DNA of 64,000 nucleotides from Candidatus Obscuribacteraceae bacterium (GTDB lineage Bacteria > Cyanobacteriota > Vampirovibrionia > Obscuribacterales > Obscuribacteraceae). Positions 48,152 through 57,350 of the stretch are shown in pieces. The DNA lies in contig JBGASG010000009.1 in assembly GCA_044229845.1 (NCBI GenBank), positions 64,001-128,000 of the forward strand, in the 5' to 3' direction. The notes under the pieces were generated by a model. That model made no database searches. It saw nothing but the letters and a program-made list of their open reading frames with translations, and was not told the DNA's origin. The translations under genes and the position numbers were made by a program. Each line of letters starts with the position of its first letter. The first letter of the stretch is position 1.

Positions 48152-49363
48152 ATGAAACGACTGCAAGCATACAAATTTCAGTTGATGGCGACGCCAACGC
48201 AAGAGCGCAAAATGGCACGCTTTGCTGGTTGCCGACGCTTTGTGTATAACGAAGCGCTGGCATTGCAGAAGCGGCGTTTTGAATCTGGTGAATCAAGATT
48301 GGGATATGCTGCGCTGTGCAGAGAACTTACAAAGTGGCGGCATTTGAAAGAAAAGTCGTTTTTGGCGGAGGCACCAACACATCCACTTCAGCAAGCGCTG
48401 AAAGATCTAGAGCGAGCGTACGGCAATTTCTTTGGTGGTCGCGGCGGGTTACCGAAGTTTCACAGACGAGGGAGACAGGATGGATTTCGTTATCCAGATC
48501 CGAAACAGATCAAGCACGATGAGGTGAATGGCAGGATCTTCTTGCCTAAATTGGGATGGATGCGATACCGAAAGAGTCGGGAAATAGCAGGTGCGATCAA
48601 GCAAGTTACAGTGGTTCGAAAGTGCGGACGGTGGTACGTGAGCATCCAGACAGAGCGTGAATTGATCGGCAAAGAGCGAGTCAACGACTCGATGGTAGGG
48701 ATAGATATGGGGGTTGCGAGATTTGCCACGTTATCTGATGGCACTGTGTACGAGCCGGAAAATCACTACAGGAGGAACGAGAAACGGCTGGCGAAGGCGC
48801 AGCGGCAGATGTCGCGAAAGCGCAAGTTCGGAGCCAATTGGAGGAAGCAATTGAGGCGCGTTAAGCAGCTGCACATGCGAATCGCCGAATGTCGGAGAGA
48901 CTTTCTGCACAAGAGCACCACGACCATCTGCAAGAACCACGCGATGGTAGTGATAGAAGATCTTTGTGTGAAGGGAATGAGTGCGTCAGCTGCTGGTACG
49001 TTGGAGAGACCTGGAACAAATGTCAGAGCGAAAGCCGGATTAAACAAGGCCATATTAGATCAGGGCTGGGGAGAGTTTCGGCGCCAGCTGGAGTACAAGC
49101 AGTTGTGGCAAGGGGGCATTGTGATTGCGGTGGCGCCGCGAAACACAAGCCGAATGTGTGCTAAATGTGGACATACTGATGCCGGCAATAGAACTGCCCA
49201 GGAAAAGTTCAAGTGTGTTGCATGTGGAGAGGCTGAAAATGCTGATCTCAATGCAGCGCGCAACATACTGGCGGCGGGGCGCGCCGTTATAGCCTGTGGA
49301 GAGGTGCCGATGGGTGCCTCGGCGAAGCAGGAACCCACCGTGTCGGCAGCTTCGGCTGCTTAG
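48152..49363 (+). CDS. tnpB: TnpB RNA-guided endonuclease
   Basis: RuvC GIDMG / VIEDL / NADLNAA intact; Zn finger CAKC...CVAC. Confidence 0.95.
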   Translation: MKRLQAYKFQLMATPTQERKMARFAGCRRFVYNEALALQKRRFESGESRLGYAALCRELTKWRHLKEKSFLAEAPTHPLQQALKDLERAYGNFFGGRGGLPKFHRRGRQDGFRYPDPKQIKHDEVNGRIFLPKLGWMRYRKSREIAGAIKQVTVVRKCGRWYVSIQTERELIGKERVNDSMVGIDMGVARFATLSDGTVYEPENHYRRNEKRLAKAQRQMSRKRKFGANWRKQLRRVKQLHMRIAECRRDFLHKSTTTICKNHAMVVIEDLCVKGMSASAAGTLERPGTNVRAKAGLNKAILDQGWGEFRRQLEYKQLWQGGIVIAVAPRNTSRMCAKCGHTDAGNRTAQEKFKCVACGEAENADLNAARNILAAGRAVIACGEVPMGASAKQEPTVSAASAA

Positions 49364-49416
49364 CCGGAATCCCCTTCCTTCAGGGAGGGGAGGACGTCAA
49401 GTTTGCATGTGACCAA
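49280..49416 (+). ncRNA. Predicted TnpB omegaRNA (reRNA); 5' boundary approximate
   Basis: Right-end scaffold conserved with the second element; by established TnpB biology the guide is the flank after TCAA. Confidence 0.5.
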
Positions 49417-50487
49417 CAGTTTCACAACCTCCAGACTGCCGCGCTCTGCAGCCGAATGCAGCGGCGTTTTCATCTCATCCAGTGAAAGAGGTGCGTTGAT
49501 GGTGCCATGGCTGCTGAAGCGCCTGGACTCCAGATTGGCGCCATGCTTGATCAATACTTCGGCAGCTGCCGGAAGATTACAGGACGCCGCCCAGTGCAAC
49601 GGGGTGGTATCACCTTCCGACCGGGAATTGACGTTGGCCCCATGATCGATCAACAGCAGCATAATGTCCGGACGGTTGGCCCATGTAGCCATGAAGAGCG
49701 GTGTCCAATGGTTGATGCCACTGGCTTTATTGACGTCGGCACCGGCCTTGATCAGCTGTCCTATCGTTTCTTTATTCGAATGGCTGCAGGCATCGGTGAG
49801 CAAGGTTTGTCCGAAGTCCACAGTGTCGTTGGCACTGAAGCCGCTTGCGATCAAGTAACGAACAACAGAGTCGCGATTGTTGTAGGCAGCGATTGCCAGC
49901 GCCGATCTTTTCTTTTCCGCGGAGAGCTTTTTCAATTGCGCCAGTGGCGTTGCTTTCACCAGGTCGAGCCGACCGAGTCCGCAAGCGGACAGCGGCGAAA
50001 TGGTGGCACCGTGTGCAACCAGCATGTCGGCAATCTCGCTGTTGTGATTCCACAGCGCTTCTTCCAGCGGCGAGGTGCGGTCGGCGCCGGCCAGGTTGAC
50101 ATTGGCACCGTGCGCTAGAAGAATCGGCACCACATTTTTGCACCCCTGGCGAGACGCAATGTGGAGGGCGCTTTCCGGACCGGTGTCTACCGGCGCATGC
50201 AGCCGCAGGAGCACCTTTGTTATCTCAATGCGATCCCCCGAGGCAGCAAGCTGCAGCGGAGTCTCTTTAGTGCCGGCCTTGAAGTCGCTGAAAACGACGG
50301 CGTTGATCAGTTGCGGGTCTGACTTCAGAATCGCTTCAACCTGGGACGGTTTCTCATCGAAGATGGCTCGTGCCAGTTTGTCTGTCTTGGCATTTCGGTC
50401 AAAAGAGGAGCCGGCTTCGCATGGTTGGACGCCCATAACGAAAGCCGAGATTGCCACTGTGAGCAGCGAAGCCGTAAGTCGTTTCAT
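49401..50487 (-). pseudogene. 5' part of secreted ankyrin-repeat protein, interrupted by IS
   Basis: Signal peptide and many TPLH/ANVN ankyrin repeats; the ORF reads into the IS right end. Confidence 0.8.
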
Positions 50488-50781
50488 GTCTGGTTTCCGC
50501 TGGGTGCTGTGATTCTACTTGTCGACTTTAGGCGTGGACACGGTATTAAGGAGAGGAGTTAGATTAAACGTGCGGTTCCGCGCGCACATAGCTGGACGAA
50601 TCGGCTAATCTTCTGAGGCAAAATCCCACTAACCCCACGGGGCGGGCATGGAAAGAAGTTCAGAGGAATTTCTTTCTGCGCCGCAAACCTTTGTCAAGGT
50701 GACGGAAGTACTGGATTCTGCCGGGTTGCCAGCCCTTCGGGCGGGCATATCGCACATACCCCCCTAGGAATTTGAGGCTTC

Positions 50782-53550
50782 ATGGCTAAACAAACGCAGA
50801 GTTTCCGTATCCCCGAGCGCACCCGCCTTGACTATGCGCGCGACCACATCGAACCGTGGAAAAAATGGGGACCATATCTGAGCGAGCGCCAATGGGGCAC
50901 AGTTCGCGAAGACTACAGCGATAACGGCGATGCCTGGAACTACTTCACCCACGACATGTCGCGCTCGCGAGCCTACCGCTGGGGCGAGGATGGGCTGGCC
51001 GGCATTAGCGACGACCACCAAGTGCTCTGCTTTGCGCTGGCGATGTGGAACGGCCGCTGCCCGATCGTCAAAGAAAGACTTTACGGATTGACCAACACTG
51101 AAGGCAATCACGGCGAAGACGTGAAGGAGTACTACTTCTACCTAGACAGCACGCCCACGCATTCGTACATGAAGTACTTGTACAAGTATCCGCAACGTCC
51201 GTTTCCCTACGCCGAATTGATCGATGGCAATCGCAATCGCGGCAAGGATCAGTTCGAGTATGAGTTGCTCGACACTGGAGTCTTCGATGACGATCGGTAC
51301 TACGACGTTTTTGTCGAGTACGCCAAAAAATCCGCTGAGGATGTGCACGTCAAAATCACCGTGATCAATCGCGGACCTGATCTGGCGACGATCGATCTAC
51401 TGCCGACCCTCTGGTTCCGCAATACCTGGTCGTGGAAAGACGGCGGATCGAAGCCGGAAATCAGAGACGACAGCACCGAGCAGTTCTCGGCTGCCTATGC
51501 CTGCAATACCGACTGCAACCTCGAGGAGTTCATCCGTCAGTATCACCTCTACTGCGATCGCAAGGTGCCGTTGCTTTTCACTGAAAACGAAACCAACAAC
51601 AAGAAACTCTACGGCACTGATAACGAGAATCAGTATTGCAAGGATGGTATCAACGAATTTATCGTGCACGGCAACCACTCCGCAATCAACCCTGAAAATT
51701 GCGGCACCAAGGTTGCTGCTCACTACAGACTGACCATTCCGCCCGGCGGAACCGAGGTTGTGCGCCTGCGCCTGCGCGCCAGTGCTCTCGAAGATCCGCT
51801 CGACGAGTTTGATGAAACCTTCGCCGATCGCATTGCCGAAGCAGACGAATTTTACGATGAACTGATGGCACCGGAAATGCGCGGGCCCGGCAAAGATAAG
51901 GAAGATCGCCGGCGCGTCTGGCGCCAGGCTCTGAGCGGTATGCTGTGGGGCAAACAGTATTTCTATTATGACGTCGATCAATGGCTGCGCGAGCATAACG
52001 TCAGCCCCTGGTCACCGAGCTCTCACCAGGCCAAAGTGCGCAATGCCAATTGGTTCCACATGCACAACGACGACATCATCTCGATGCCGGACAAGTGGGA
52101 GTATCCATGGTATGCCGCGTGGGATCTGGCGTTTCACATGTTGCCGCTCAATTTGCTTGATTCGGATTTCGCCAAATCGCAGCTCGACATGATGCTGCGC
52201 AACTCCTATCTGCATCCAAATGGGCAGATACCAGCCTACGAGTGGAACTTCAGCGACGTCAATCCGCCTGTGCATGCCTTTGCGACGTTTCATGCCTTCA
52301 TGTTCGACAGAGCTCGTCGCGACGACGGTAAGGGTGATATCGACTTTCTCAAATACGCCTTCTCCAAGCTGCTGGTTAACTTCACCTGGTGGGTCAATCG
52401 CAAAGATCCGCGTGGGCAGAATGTCTTCGATGGCGGCTTCCTCGGACTGGACAATATTGGCGTCTTTGACCGCAGCGCCGCGCTGCCCACAGGTGGTGCG
52501 CTCGAGCAAGCCGACGGTACGGCATGGATGGTTTTCTACAGCCAGCAAATGTTGAACATCGCCGTTGAGCTGGCCCAAGAAGATCCGCTCTACGAAGAGT
52601 TCGCCATGAAGTTCTTCAAACACACCTTGTGGATCGCGGCAGCCATGGACAGATTGGGTATGCACAGCGACGAACTGTGGGATGAGAAAGACGGATTTTT
52701 CTACGACGTGTTGCGTCTGCCCAACGGACAGGCCATGCGTCTGCCGGTGCGTTCTATGGTCGGACTGCTGCCGTTGTGTTCGGTGGTCATGTTTGAGGAT
52801 GAAACCTGGAATCGCATTCCCGGTTTCAAAACTCAAGCTCTCAAGTTTGTAGAGCGGCATGGTGAGCTGTGCGCCAATATCCATCTTCCCAATTTGATTG
52901 GGCACCGCGGGCGGCGTATGCTCTCAGTTTGTGATGAAACAAAACTGCGCCTGATCTTTAAACGCTTGTTCGACGAAAAAGAATTCTTGAGTGACTTTGG
53001 TATTCGCAGCCTCTCGCGAGCACACCTGGACAATCCATTTGTCTACAAATACGGTAACGAAGAGTTCCGCGTCGAGTACGTTCCAGGCGAGTCCAACACC
53101 GGTATGTTCGGAGGCAATTCCAACTGGCGCGGTCCGATCTGGTTCCCGATGAACATGCTGATCATTCGCGCGCTGCTCAACTACTACAGCTATTTCGGCA
53201 AGGACTTCACAGTCGAATATCCAACCGGCTCCGGAAATCAAATGCACTTATTCGCGATCTGTCAGGATTTGATGGACAGATTGACGCGCATCTTTTTGAG
53301 AGACGAAAACGGACGGCGCGCCGTATATGGTGGCACCGAAAAATTCCAATCCGATCCTCACTGGCGCGATCATATTCTTTTCTATGAATATTTCCATGGA
53401 GACAACGGAGCCGGTCTGGGGGCAAGCCATCAAACGGGCTGGACCGGGCTGGTCGCCCAAATACTCTGGTTAAGAGATTTACTCACTGAAGAAACCTGGT
53501 TAAACGCCGCTCCGATGAAGGAAATTGCTAAAATTGCTGCATCGCGATAA
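50782..53550 (+). CDS. GH63/MGH1-like glycoside hydrolase
   Basis: WGPYLSERQWGTVREDYS, SMPDKWEYPWYAAWDLAFH, NWRGPIW, FYEYFHGDNGAGLGASHQTGWT. Confidence 0.9.
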   Translation: MAKQTQSFRIPERTRLDYARDHIEPWKKWGPYLSERQWGTVREDYSDNGDAWNYFTHDMSRSRAYRWGEDGLAGISDDHQVLCFALAMWNGRCPIVKERLYGLTNTEGNHGEDVKEYYFYLDSTPTHSYMKYLYKYPQRPFPYAELIDGNRNRGKDQFEYELLDTGVFDDDRYYDVFVEYAKKSAEDVHVKITVINRGPDLATIDLLPTLWFRNTWSWKDGGSKPEIRDDSTEQFSAAYACNTDCNLEEFIRQYHLYCDRKVPLLFTENETNNKKLYGTDNENQYCKDGINEFIVHGNHSAINPENCGTKVAAHYRLTIPPGGTEVVRLRLRASALEDPLDEFDETFADRIAEADEFYDELMAPEMRGPGKDKEDRRRVWRQALSGMLWGKQYFYYDVDQWLREHNVSPWSPSSHQAKVRNANWFHMHNDDIISMPDKWEYPWYAAWDLAFHMLPLNLLDSDFAKSQLDMMLRNSYLHPNGQIPAYEWNFSDVNPPVHAFATFHAFMFDRARRDDGKGDIDFLKYAFSKLLVNFTWWVNRKDPRGQNVFDGGFLGLDNIGVFDRSAALPTGGALEQADGTAWMVFYSQQMLNIAVELAQEDPLYEEFAMKFFKHTLWIAAAMDRLGMHSDELWDEKDGFFYDVLRLPNGQAMRLPVRSMVGLLPLCSVVMFEDETWNRIPGFKTQALKFVERHGELCANIHLPNLIGHRGRRMLSVCDETKLRLIFKRLFDEKEFLSDFGIRSLSRAHLDNPFVYKYGNEEFRVEYVPGESNTGMFGGNSNWRGPIWFPMNMLIIRALLNYYSYFGKDFTVEYPTGSGNQMHLFAICQDLMDRLTRIFLRDENGRRAVYGGTEKFQSDPHWRDHILFYEYFHGDNGAGLGASHQTGWTGLVAQILWLRDLLTEETWLNAAPMKEIAKIAASR

Positions 53551-53571
53551 CCACCCCGTGAGATTAAAACC

Positions 53572-55113
53572 ATGGATAAACACCCAGCCCTGTTTCAGGT
53601 CAACACTCGGGTCTATATCAAGGAGCTTTCGGACACTCTGAAACGACAGGCGACTCTGGACGACATTCCAGATGCTTTTCTTGACGAGCTGGCTGAAAAG
53701 GGGTTTTCCTGGGTCTACCTTCTCAGTGTGTGGAAGACAGGAGAAGCCGGGCGCAAGGTTTCGCGCACTAATGAGGGCTGGCTGAATGAATTCCGCAGCA
53801 ATCTGCCCGATCTAAAAGAAGAGGACATATGCGGCTCCGGCTTTGCGATTGCCGGCTATACGCTCGACCCTTTCTTCGGCAAGCCGGACGGGCTCGCCAA
53901 ATTGCGCGATCGCCTGCACAAGCGCGGCATGAAGCTGATGCTCGACTTTGTGCCCAACCACACTGCCATTGACCATCCTTGGGTCTCCGCTCACCCCGAA
54001 TACTATATTGAAGGAAACGAAGAGGCGCTCGCTCACGCCCCGCAAAATTTCATCAAGGTCGGAGAGAAGGGCAAGGAGAAAATTTTCGCTTACGGGCGCG
54101 ACCCGTATTTCGATGGCTGGCCGGATACGCTGCAACTGAACTACGGTGACGCCGGGCTACGCAAAGCCATGACCGCCGAACTAAACAACATTGCCGATGT
54201 CTGCGACGGAGTGCGCTGCGACATGGCTATGCTGGTTTTGCCGGAGATCTTCCAACGCACCTGGAACATCCAGACCGAACCATTCTGGTCGCAAGCCATT
54301 GCGTCTGTGCGCAAAGGGCATGCCGATTTTACATTTATGGCGGAAGTGTACTGGGACATGGAGTGGGAGTTGCAGCAACAAGGCTTCGACTTCACTTATG
54401 ACAAGCGCCTCTACGATCGTTTGCGTCAAGGTGACGCCCGCCCGGTCCGCGAGCATTTCTGGGCAGACTTCGAGTACCAGAGTCACTCGGCACGTTTCCT
54501 GGAAAATCATGATGAGCCGCGTGCGGCAGGAGTCTTTCCTGTCGATCAGCACAAAGCGGCGGCGATGATTTCGTTCTTCAGCCCCGGGTTGCGTTTCTTC
54601 CACCAGGGTCAATTCGAAGGGTTGCAGAAAAAACTCTCAGTGCACCTCAATCGTCGCGGGCCGGAAGAAGCGAATGCCGACTTGCAGCAATTCTATGATT
54701 TGTTGCTCAACTGTCTGAAGCTGCCGGTGGCACATTGTGGACACTGGAACCTGCTGGAGTGCACACCGGCATGGGATGACAATCCGACGTTCGATCGTTT
54801 CATCGCTTTCAACTGGAGCGATCATCACAAAGAATTGCAGCTGACAGTGATCGTCAACTACGCGCCTCACCAGAGCCAGTGTTATGTGAAAGTGCCTGTG
54901 GGTGCCGGTGGTGGCGCTCTCATCGAATTCAGCGATCAACTGAAGCGCGATATCTACTTGCGCGAAGCTTCCGGCGTGATGCGACGCGGACTGTATGTCG
55001 ATCTGCCTGCCTGGGGGTTCCATGCCTTCGTCGTGCAGCCGGTCGAACGCGAAATCAAGGCGCCTTCGCAGACGCCACCGCCGCGCGAGAAATCGCTCAG
55101 CGCCAAGAAATAG
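53572..55113 (+). CDS. Alpha-amylase family (GH13) protein
   Basis: LDFVPNH, DGVRCDMAM, AEVYW, FLENHDEPR. Confidence 0.9.
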   Translation: MDKHPALFQVNTRVYIKELSDTLKRQATLDDIPDAFLDELAEKGFSWVYLLSVWKTGEAGRKVSRTNEGWLNEFRSNLPDLKEEDICGSGFAIAGYTLDPFFGKPDGLAKLRDRLHKRGMKLMLDFVPNHTAIDHPWVSAHPEYYIEGNEEALAHAPQNFIKVGEKGKEKIFAYGRDPYFDGWPDTLQLNYGDAGLRKAMTAELNNIADVCDGVRCDMAMLVLPEIFQRTWNIQTEPFWSQAIASVRKGHADFTFMAEVYWDMEWELQQQGFDFTYDKRLYDRLRQGDARPVREHFWADFEYQSHSARFLENHDEPRAAGVFPVDQHKAAAMISFFSPGLRFFHQGQFEGLQKKLSVHLNRRGPEEANADLQQFYDLLLNCLKLPVAHCGHWNLLECTPAWDDNPTFDRFIAFNWSDHHKELQLTVIVNYAPHQSQCYVKVPVGAGGGALIEFSDQLKRDIYLREASGVMRRGLYVDLPAWGFHAFVVQPVEREIKAPSQTPPPREKSLSAKK

Positions 55114-55138
55114 CGCGAGCTGCTGCGCCTGGAAGAAA

Positions 55139-55164
55139 CAAGAGACCTCTTGCGAGGTCTCTTG
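55139..55164. terminator. Hairpin between convergent genes
   Basis: CAAGAGACCTC-TTGC-GAGGTCTCTTG perfect 11-bp stem. Confidence 0.65.
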
Positions 55165-55240
55165 CTGCGTTGCGTTCCATGGTTGTTGCGGGTGAGGAAA
55201 TAAGGGAACCAAAGATCGAGGGCGCGAAAAACTCGTTTTT

Positions 55241-55765
55241 TCAGCTGAACAAATTGGCGTCTCGTGAAGATGCCACCAGCCAGTTGATGCAGCCGGGAAC
55301 CGCGAGACCACCGGTGACACCACCGCAGCCCCAGATGACCTTTTTCATCGCCTGCTGCGATCCCGCCGCCATATGCATGAAGCCGAGGATCATAGTTGGT
55401 CCGCCCCATGCGATGCCCAATATCTCCATGCCGTTGGCGATGATGTTCAGTAGAGCTTCGATGTTGGCGAGGTTGTTGACGCGCACGGTGCCGGCGGTGT
55501 TGACGCCCATGATGACGACCGCGTCTTCATCTTTGGGACCGATGGTACCAAATGTGGCGCCATTCAAAGTGGGTGCTTGTTGTACACCGCCTTGAAAGTT
55601 TGTTTGTGTGAGTGTCTGGTTCCAGCTGCTGTGATCACCGCCGCCGGCACCGGTAGCGGCGCTGCCGTAGTCGTAGCTGGCAAAGGCGTCCTGGGCCTGT
55701 GCAGACGTGCTGAGTAGTAAACCAAGCCCGACGGCGAGCATGGTGGTGGTAGCAAAATTGCGCAT
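55241..55765 (-). CDS. Secreted/membrane protein with C-terminal TrbC/VirB2-pilin-like two-helix region
   Basis: GGAGG SD, signal peptide ending AQA, two hydrophobic Gly-rich helices separated by AMKKV. Confidence 0.6.
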   Translation of the reverse strand: MRNFATTTMLAVGLGLLLSTSAQAQDAFASYDYGSAATGAGGGDHSSWNQTLTQTNFQGGVQQAPTLNGATFGTIGPKDEDAVVIMGVNTAGTVRVNNLANIEALLNIIANGMEILGIAWGGPTMILGFMHMAAGSQQAMKKVIWGCGGVTGGLAVPGCINWLVASSRDANLFS

Positions 55766-55930
55766 CGAAGAACCTCCGCTGCGTGAAGCAGTGATGGTGG
55801 GGTGGTGGGTGGTAATCCTCCCGGATAAGAGCTACAAAGCCTGGTGCTTTGTTGCAATCAACATGCGGGGGGTGGTGGGCGACTTTTCCTTGACAATTAC
55901 CGTACCAGAACGGCATTACCAAGACGTTAC

Positions 55931-57342
55931 CAAAATGCGCGGAAAGCCCCGTCGTTTACGGCGGGGATGGACAGCGCGGGCGACGCAGTCGCCTAACCGA
56001 AGATTTTATGTAGTCCATTGAACTTTTTTGCAAGTCGCGACGTATTAGTAAGTGAAGGCTTGCCAGAGGGTTCAGCATGAGGAAACTTCGAGCATTTAAA
56101 TTCAGGCTGCTCCAAAGCCAAAACAAGAGCTACTGCTGCGCCGTTCAGCAGGATGTCGCCGATATGTGTTCAACAAGGGATTGGAGATTCAGAAGGAGCG
56201 CTACGAGAAAGGTGGAGAAAAGCTCAGTTATGCCGGTTTGTGCAAGGAGCTGACCTCCTGGAAGCACCAGAGCGACAGTGCATTTCTGGCAGCTGCGCCG
56301 TCTCAAGTTCTTCAGCAGGCACTAAAGGATCTGGAAAGGTCCTATGAAAATTTCTTCGCGGGACGGGCGGGTTTTCCGAAGTTCAAGAAGAGAGGAAAGG
56401 GAGACAGTTTTCGCTATCCCGATCCGAAGCAAATAAAACTAGACGAAATCAACAGCAGAATATTCTTGCCGAAACTAGGGTGGTTTCGATACCGGAAGAG
56501 TCGCAAGGTGATGGGTTCTGTCAGGCAAGTGACTGTGAGTTGGAACGGAAGTAATTGGTTTGTAAGTATTCAAACAGAGGAGGAAGTATCAGCGCCCAAA
56601 CATCCCTCAAGCTCGATGGTTGGAGTGGACTTGGGCGTGGTGAGCTTTGCGGTGCTGTCTGATGGGAGTAACTACTCTCCAGTCAACAGTTTCCGCAAGC
56701 GAGAAAAGCAAATAGCTCGCTGCCAGCGGCGGCTGGCTCGGAAGCAAAAATTCAGTGCGAACTGGCGGAGGCAGAAGGAAAGACTGCAAAAGATACATAC
56801 AAAGGTGGCGAATATCCGACGCGAATATCTGCATAAAACATCAACGACGATTAGCAAGAACCACGCGATAGTTGTGATTGAAGATCTACAGGTGCGCAAT
56901 ATGTGCAGTTCTGCCTCCGGAACAGTTGAAAAGCCAGGGCGCAACGTCAGGGCAAAGAGCGGATTGAACAAATCAATTCTGGATCAGGGATGGTATGAAT
57001 TTCGGCGCCAGTTGGAATATAAGCAGAACTGGAGAGGCGGTGCTGTAGTCGCTGTATCACCTCAATATACAAGCCAAAAGTGCTCATTGTGTCGATGCGT
57101 GGACGCAGAGAGTCGGTCGGTGCAATCGACGTTCTCTTGTGTGCGGTGTGGATATACTGCCAGTGCAGACTTCAATGCTGCACGAAACATACTCGCGGCG
57201 GGGCTCGCCGTGATTGCCTGTGGAGGAGACATAAGACCGGAAGCGATTCCGGCGGCTTCGTTGAAGCAGGAACCCACCGTGTCGGCGGTCTAATCAACCG
57301 CTCAGCCGGAATCCCCGTCCTTTAGGGCTGGGAGGAAGTCAA
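55931..57342 (+). mobile_element. Non-autonomous IS200/IS605 element (tnpB only)
   Basis: TTAC|CAAAATGCGCGG left end, hairpin CCCCGTCG-TTTA-CGGCGGGG; right end hairpin and terminal TCAA; ends homologous to 47643..49400. Confidence 0.88.
56077..57293 (+). pseudogene. tnpB: TnpB with 5' frameshift near 56110
   Basis: ATG 56077 gives MRKLRAFKFRL in one frame; PKPKQELLLRRSAGCRRYVFN continues in the frame of ORF 56166. RuvC D/E/D intact. Confidence 0.8.
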
Positions 57343-57350
57343 CTGGGAAA

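Larger units (their letters stand above)
47643..49400 (+). mobile_element. IS200/IS605-family element (divergent tnpA + tnpB)
   Basis: Left end CAAGATGCGCGG after TGAC, with hairpin CCTCGTCC-TTCA-GGGCGAGG; right end hairpin CCCCTTCC-TTCA-GGGAGGGG ending in TCAA; no target duplication. Confidence 0.9.

Noticed and set aside
50590..50650. c-di-AMP (ydaO) riboswitch
   Set aside because: Only short fragments (GAATC, CTAACCCC) match; the conserved core is absent.
48152..57293. TnpB genes as Cas12f of a CRISPR system
   Set aside because: No repeat-spacer array or cas genes, and both sit within IS200/IS605 ends.
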